From: Macrostomum hystrix
Taxonomy: Eukaryota; Animalia; Platyhelminthes
Length of the DNA stretch: 64,000 nucleotides
NCBI GenBank assembly: GCA_950097015.1
Contig: CATNEN010000039.1
Location: forward strand, 4,278,001-4,342,000
Reading direction: 5' to 3'
Made by a program: the position numbers and the translations under genes. A model generated the notes under the pieces. The model was not told where the DNA came from. It saw nothing but the letters and a program-made list of their open reading frames with translations, and made no database searches. The first letter of the stretch is position 1. Every line of letters begins with the position of its first letter. Below are positions 58,508-64,000 of the stretch, piece by piece.

Positions 58508-59829
58508 ATGGATGCTAGAAGTGTCTATCTTCTAAATTTTAATAATCTTCCTGTCGATAGCTTAAATGCTTTGTCCCAGTCCGAGTTGGATCTCGTGGCC
58601 GAACTGTCGCGCAACGACTGCCGTCGTGACGAGCTAGTGACCCAGTTCTTGTTGTTTTGTGAGAACTCCATCGGCGACAAAGCGAACTCATCCGATCTGC
58701 CTGCTGATATTCGTGAACAACTTACCAGCATCGATGAAGCTGAGATGGAAAGTCTACCTCAAAGCAGTCGAAACAGATGGAGGATCATGGGCGCAAGTTT
58801 GTCGGATTTCTGGAGGGTCGCGGTCTGAACTCCGATTTGACGAAAGTGAATGACAACACCCTGAATCAGTATCTACGATTATTCTACTTCCAGTTGAAAA
58901 CAAAGAGCGGTGAGAGCTATTCACCATCGTCGTTAGTCTGCATCCGAGCTGCTATCCAGCGATATTTGAAAAGAGACATTGTAAACATTGTAATCATTGT
59001 AAAGAGACAGAAAAATCTGGTTGCTACTGGGACCGTGTTTGATGGCTCAAACAGGATGCTCGAATTCAAGGTCTGTGAATTTATCAAGTCTGGCAAGACA
59101 GTTCAAAGCTACGATCCAATCGAGGAGGGAGACATGGTTAAATTGCGCGACTACTTTGATCGTAGTGACGGAGAACGACTCCAAGATAAATTGCTATTCA
59201 ATCTCATGTATCAGCTTGTAGAGCGTGGACGGGAGCACATGAAGACGTTTCTCGATCGGAACTTTCTGGTGCGAGGTGTCGACTCGGATGGACGGCAGTA
59301 TGCCTGTTTGCCGACGCTACCATCGAAGAATCGATTAGCAACACTGGGGGCTGGTCAGGTCGCCGATTTGAAGCACGCTAGAATATATTATCTTGAGCTG
59401 CTAGAACTGTACGAGAGTTCATGAAGAACATATCCGAGAAGGCTAAGCTCAGCAAGCCTTATACCAACCACTGCATTAGGTGAGTATATATTTGTGTTAC
59501 GAAGTAAAAGTAAAAGCATAATTGTTTGTTCACCTTTCTGAACAAGATACCATTGCATTTTTAGAGTCACGCGCATTTGCGACTTGGAAAGCGAAGGGCA
59601 TGCTGTCCACGACATCATGCTTGTGACGGGACACAAGTCGGAGGCGACCGTTCGGCGATATCTGCATAAGAGGCGTGATCGCAGTTTGTACAAGTCCTCT
59701 GTGAACGTGCATACCGCCATGAAGAAGTCTTTGGATATGGATCGTACTGAGGCTGCGCCATCCATTAGTGGAGATGAGGAGTTTCATCGGGTCCAAGGCC
59801 CACCAGAGAAAAAATGCGAATCCAAGTGA
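58508..59829 (+). pseudogene. Crypton-type (DUF3504-like) tyrosine recombinase, disrupted; intron 59480-59564
   Basis: YLRLFYFQLKTKSGESYSPSSLVCIRAAIQRYL; catalytic-type ERGRE; after splicing, YTNHCIR-VT...IMLVTGHKSEATVRRY (HxxR, H, Y). Frameshift near 58771 and a deletion/frameshift near 59420. Confidence 0.85.
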
Positions 59830-59994
59830 ACGGCAGTTCAAACATCATTGATTTCTTTCTTGAATAGCTTTAATGACTGCATTGACTTAAAGTTAACTTT
59901 TGTTGGTGTTCATTTGAGGCATTCATCACATAGGTTTCGTCTATGTTCGTTCTTGTTACTTCTTTCTGAGGCTAAAATGTCTATGGCACCCCGA

Positions 59995-60204
59995 AGATAA
60001 ATGTTTATCTGTCCCGGCCAGATAAATTTCAGCGGCCAAATAAATACATTTATCTGGTCTATGGGCCAATCCAACTGGGGAATAAATACATTATCACCCA
60101 CTTTTTTTATTTATTTTGGCCGGGAACGGCTGAGGACTCGTTTATTGGCCGAGGCGAAGCCTAGACGTTTTCGGCCATAGATAAGTCAAACAAGTGGGTG
60201 ATAA
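59995..60204. mobile_element. Probable Crypton right end (inverted homolog of cassette A) followed by cassette D' (60091-60204)
   Basis: 59995-60087 is the reverse-complement homolog of 54061-54157. D' has a perfect 13-bp IR ttatcacccactt/aagtgggtgataa and an internal ggcgaagcc hairpin. Confidence 0.7.
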
Positions 60205-60208
60205 CTTA

Positions 60209-61515
60209 CGAGGGGCACTACGAAAGTTTTTAGCTAGACCTCAGCTGTTTGTCCTATCAGATTAATTTTTCACAGGCTTACAGGACAATATATATGACCA
60301 TGATGAATAAAATTTCACGCAAATATCTCGCAGCATTTAGCCGCTAGAGCCAGATAACTTCAGCACCTCTGCCCACTTTCCAGCTGAGCTCATGGAACTG
60401 AATCGCGAGCACTTTCGTGCCATGATCTTCTATGACTATCGCAGCGGCCTTGATTGCCGCCAGTGCCACGAAAGGTTGTCAGCGGTTTTCCCAGAAGCTG
60501 CTCCATCACTTGCGACTGTCAGAAACTGGTTCCGCGAGTTTAGTCGTGGCCGAGACTCGTTGGAAGACGAGGAGCGGACGGGTCGACCTTCCACTGCCAC
60601 GACACCAGAAACAGTGGCTCGTGTCCGCCAGCTGGTAGAAGCTGACCGGCGGATAACCTACAAGGAGATCGAGGCATCCCTGGGTATCCATTCGCCGGCC
60701 ATCGCCAAAATTCTCCACGACCACATCGGCTTGCGCAAGCTGACCAGCCGTTGGGTGCCCTACCTGCTGAAGCCTGAGCAAAAGCAGGCCAGGGTCGACT
60801 GGTGCCGCCAGATGCTGCAGAAGTACAGCGATGGAGCGTCTAAGGCGGTCGCCGACATCGTGACATGCGACGAGACTTGGGTTTACTGCTACGAGCCAGA
60901 GCGCAAGTGCCAGTCGCAGGTGTGGGCGTTTCCAGATGAGGTTCCGCCAACGAAGGTCGTGCGGGGCAGGAGCACCGGCAAGCAAATGGTCGCGACTTTT
61001 TTCCGTCGCTCAGGTCACGTGGCGACTGTGCGGCTGCTGGAGCAGCGCACGGTGACTGCGGCCTGGTATACCAGCGTCTGCTTGCCGCAGGTCATTCACA
61101 GCCTGAGTAGGACGCGTCCGAAGTCAGGTGTCCGAGGCCTGACGCTGCATCAGGACAACGCGAGCGCTCACACGGCTCAGGCAACACGGCAGTTCCTGCA
61201 GACTCAGGGACTGCAGCTGACCAGTCACCCGCCATACTCGCCTGATCTGGCACCGTGTGACTTTTTTTTGTTCCCTAAAGTCAAAGACTCGCTACGTGGT
61301 CGCCGATTTTCGACTGCAGAGGAGGCTGCTGATGCATTCGACGAGATGGTGGAAGGGGTGTCGACTTCTGAGTGGCACCACTGCTTCGTCAACTGGTTTG
61401 AGAGGATGAGGCGCTGCATCCAGGCTGGTGGAGAAAACTTTGAGAAGCTGTGAAAATTCCAGCTTCATAGCTGTTTCCGTTTAGACGTGGCTAAAAACTT
61501 TTGTAGTGCCCCTCG
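60209..61515 (+). mobile_element. Full-length mariner transposon (1307 bp)
   Basis: 26-bp TIRs cgaggggcactacgaaagtttttagc / gctaaaaacttttgtagtgcccctcg (1 mismatch); TA TSD at 60207-60208 and 61516-61517. Confidence 0.97.
60392..61453 (+). CDS. Mariner DD34D transposase, intact (353 aa)
   Basis: N-terminal HTH region, GRP, WVPYLL, TCDETW, HQDNA, YSPDLAPCD, with 34 residues between the 2nd and 3rd Asp. Confidence 0.97.
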   Translation: MELNREHFRAMIFYDYRSGLDCRQCHERLSAVFPEAAPSLATVRNWFREFSRGRDSLEDEERTGRPSTATTPETVARVRQLVEADRRITYKEIEASLGIHSPAIAKILHDHIGLRKLTSRWVPYLLKPEQKQARVDWCRQMLQKYSDGASKAVADIVTCDETWVYCYEPERKCQSQVWAFPDEVPPTKVVRGRSTGKQMVATFFRRSGHVATVRLLEQRTVTAAWYTSVCLPQVIHSLSRTRPKSGVRGLTLHQDNASAHTAQATRQFLQTQGLQLTSHPPYSPDLAPCDFFLFPKVKDSLRGRRFSTAEEAADAFDEMVEGVSTSEWHHCFVNWFERMRRCIQAGGENFEKL

Positions 61516-61849
61516 TATACTTAACATTCGTCTAGGTTTAATGCCGAATGGCAAACAAACAATGAATTGTAACGCATAAAAACTACAAATAATGATCGTC
61601 AAATAGCGATACAATGGAACCCATTGAATTTGGTGTTTAATCGCGTGAAAAAGTCAGATCGCTTCGCAACAGACTACCGCGGCGGTAACTAAATGCAAAC
61701 TAAATTGCATAGTAGTTTAACTAATACGTACTATGTATGAGACATGTTAAATTTCACAGTCATTTGTAATAATTTCGATGAATTAAAGGTGCATTCACTC
61801 GCATTTCCGTAAAAGTTGCGAGTAGGAGTGAGTTTGTTTCGAGAAATCA

Positions 61850-62445
61850 GCCCCAGCGGCAGTCCATGTAGCGCATTGGTGGGTGCCTGGCTCGCTGAGA
61901 TCGGGGAGGGGCGCCGCTGGTCCTGCCTGAGGCTCTGCCGTCAGTACCGCAGTGTCAGCCCTGGTCGTCTAGTATAGGGGCGGGTCCAACCACCAGCGGG
62001 TCCAACCACTCTCTGGGCCGCGCGGGGTGCAGCTTTCGCATTATCCGCTGCTGATTCCATTTGGTGCCATCGCTGTGCTCGAAGGTGTGGTGTCCAACCT
62101 GGCGGAGCACTCGCAGCGGCTTTGAGAGGCGGGTGCTCAGCTTACCCTTCTTGGTGGGCAGTCGGATTCCACCCACTCGCCGGGGTGGAACGTCTCGGGG
62201 CGGGCCATTCGCCTGGCGTCGGTGTTCGCCTTGATCCGCTGCTGCCGTTTCGATCTGCTGCCGCAGTGACTGAGGCATCGTTTCGGTCGTCTTTCTCCCT
62301 CCCTCATGCTGATGAAGTGCCCACGTCCGGCCCAGCATGAGCGATCGTCCGGCAATTTGCCCGTCAGGCTGGGCTTTGAGCTCCGGTAGGCTGACAGAAA
62401 GTCCCTCACGGAGTCTTGAAACGGCCTGTTGTCCGCCTTGGCTGC
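61850..62445 (-). pseudogene. Decayed Gypsy integrase C-terminal fragment
   Basis: Frameshifted mosaic of ORFs 62137..62409 and 61955..62479: DFLSAYRSS..LTGK / LMLGR / QRIKANTDARRMAR..FHPGEWV / IRLPTKKGKL..KPLRV..TFE.SDGTKWN, typical of Gypsy integrase tails; no LTRs seen. Confidence 0.65.
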
Positions 62446-64000
62446 GGAAAGTAGAAAAGTTGATAAAATACTCAGTCATTCGATTCTTCGAATGATCGAT
62501 GAGACTTCGATCGCCCGTTGGATCGATCTTTGATTCAAATTGGTTACATTAGTCAATTTCCACCGATGTTTTACTCCCGAATGAAAGATCGTGCCATGAC
62601 ATTGAAAAATACTGATGTTTATCAAGCGATAAACCGTAATTTAATTTAATTTTAATTTAATTTACGAAAGAAGTGACATGGGGATCACAGTTAACGTCAC
62701 AACGTGATTAAACAAATGTTTCAAAACCGCAGCAAAATTTAAACGTTTGTGAAAGTTTTGCTAATAAAATATTTAACATAAAAGTAAAATTAAGAAAAGC
62801 AACCTGTTTGGAAATACTTAAACATAAGCAGTTAACAAATCACGGGCCGTTGTTTAGAGATCACTTTTAATTCGAGAACATTGTTTAGTTTAAGAGATAT
62901 CTAGCCGACGAAAACTAGCTTTAAAACTACTTTCGTACGGAAAGCATTACTACCGAATTACAGAGAGTGGATTTAGTATATGGTAAGTTAGAAAAATGAA
63001 GCTTGTCGTGCCTTTAAGTTCGGTTATTCTCCTATCTTTATTATTTGCTCAATAGCGTGAGTGAGTTACAAAAAATACATTATATGTAGCTTTTACACTA
63101 CTTCCTCTTTGCTTCTGACGTGAAACACGAACAATTTGTCATGAGCTGCTTTGCAGTTACACTTGTTATTGTTGCTGTTGTACTTGGTCATTTATTTGTC
63201 TGCTGTGTAGCTATGGCTTCTGTCTCTATACTTTTTTTACTGCGAGGCCAGGCTAGTGCTATTGCACCGACTGATATCTGCGTTTTGTTTGTAGGCCTAC
63301 CGAATATATAAAAATTTAAGCGAAAGCCAAAGGCAGTGTAACAACATAGCATAAAAACTAGTTTTTAAACATAACAGAAAATGATATTTTAAATTAGTCA
63401 TTAATAATAGATAGTTGAAATTGAAATTAGATTTCTGCCACAAAAAAACTTGCTCTCTGGTGCCATAACCATTTCAGGCCAAAAACAATTTTGGTCCTAA
63501 TTTGATTGTTTTAATATCATTTTGTCTCCTTATGTGTTTGTTTATTGATAAAAAAGATGCATTACTGCAGGTTACAATGCAAACAGTTACTTTATTAAAC
63601 TAGTTGAATTTAAAATTACAGAAGGGCATGCTCTATGACATGTGCTAATATAGCTGTAAGATGTAGTGAAAAACAAACCACTGCCTAGTTATAAATAACT
63701 TTTTTACTGTGTCATTTTTAGAAAGACTATCTTATTTATAAGCTTTTGAAATGCTGTTTCTTCTGTGCATATCTAAGCCTGCTTGCTCTCTGGGGCATTA
63801 GCTAGCTTTTTGACTTTATGTATGTAACACAATTGATAATTACAAATAACGTCAAAGTAAACTGGTGGGACTCTAATACAGAAACAGAACTTGTCAGCAC
63901 CCAAGCTTGGTTTAAAAAAATTATTTGAAACAAAGTACTTTAAATGTCAAATTCTTTCTCTATCATTGTCTACAATATTAAAAAAATAGAATATTCATTT

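Noticed and set aside
58433-59829. DIRS/Ngaro retrotransposon or bacterial integrase contamination
   Set aside because: No RT/RNase H nearby, and the gene has a spliceosomal intron and DUF3504-style motifs.

Overview
Eukaryotic (animal) genomic DNA with GT-AG introns, many intronic minisatellites, poly-Gln/Ala tracts and tRNA-headed SINEs. The style resembles the flatworm Macrostomum, but that is inference only. (1) 1-29.7 kb: a same-strand tandem array of nine paralogous genes (G1-G9). They encode an N-terminal coiled-coil-like helical region, a low-complexity linker and a C-terminal Cys-rich beta-propeller-like domain (TRIM-NHL-like layout, no RING/B-box). The array shows apparent N/C-domain shuffling, one double-propeller member, one propeller-less member and one pseudogene. 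(2) 31.1-35.5 kb: a divergent 3-exon PINK1-like kinase. Its first intron holds a young 1944-bp Gypsy element (identical 207-bp LTRs, AATAG TSD) in which gag-PR-RT is replaced by a 59-nt copy of tRNA-Ser(CGA) with apparent m1A58 misincorporation and a stop at m2,2G26. (3) 40.9-53.9 kb: a 15-exon RIM/UNC-10 gene (Zn finger, PDZ, C2A, C2B). (4) 54-61.7 kb: a broken, intron-containing Crypton-type tyrosine recombinase gene surrounded by chains of short inverted-repeat-bounded cassettes that recur in different order and orientation, plus an intact DD34D mariner inserted next to one cassette. (5) A decayed Gypsy integrase fragment near 62 kb. All gene models were hand-spliced from the sequence; no database searches were run.
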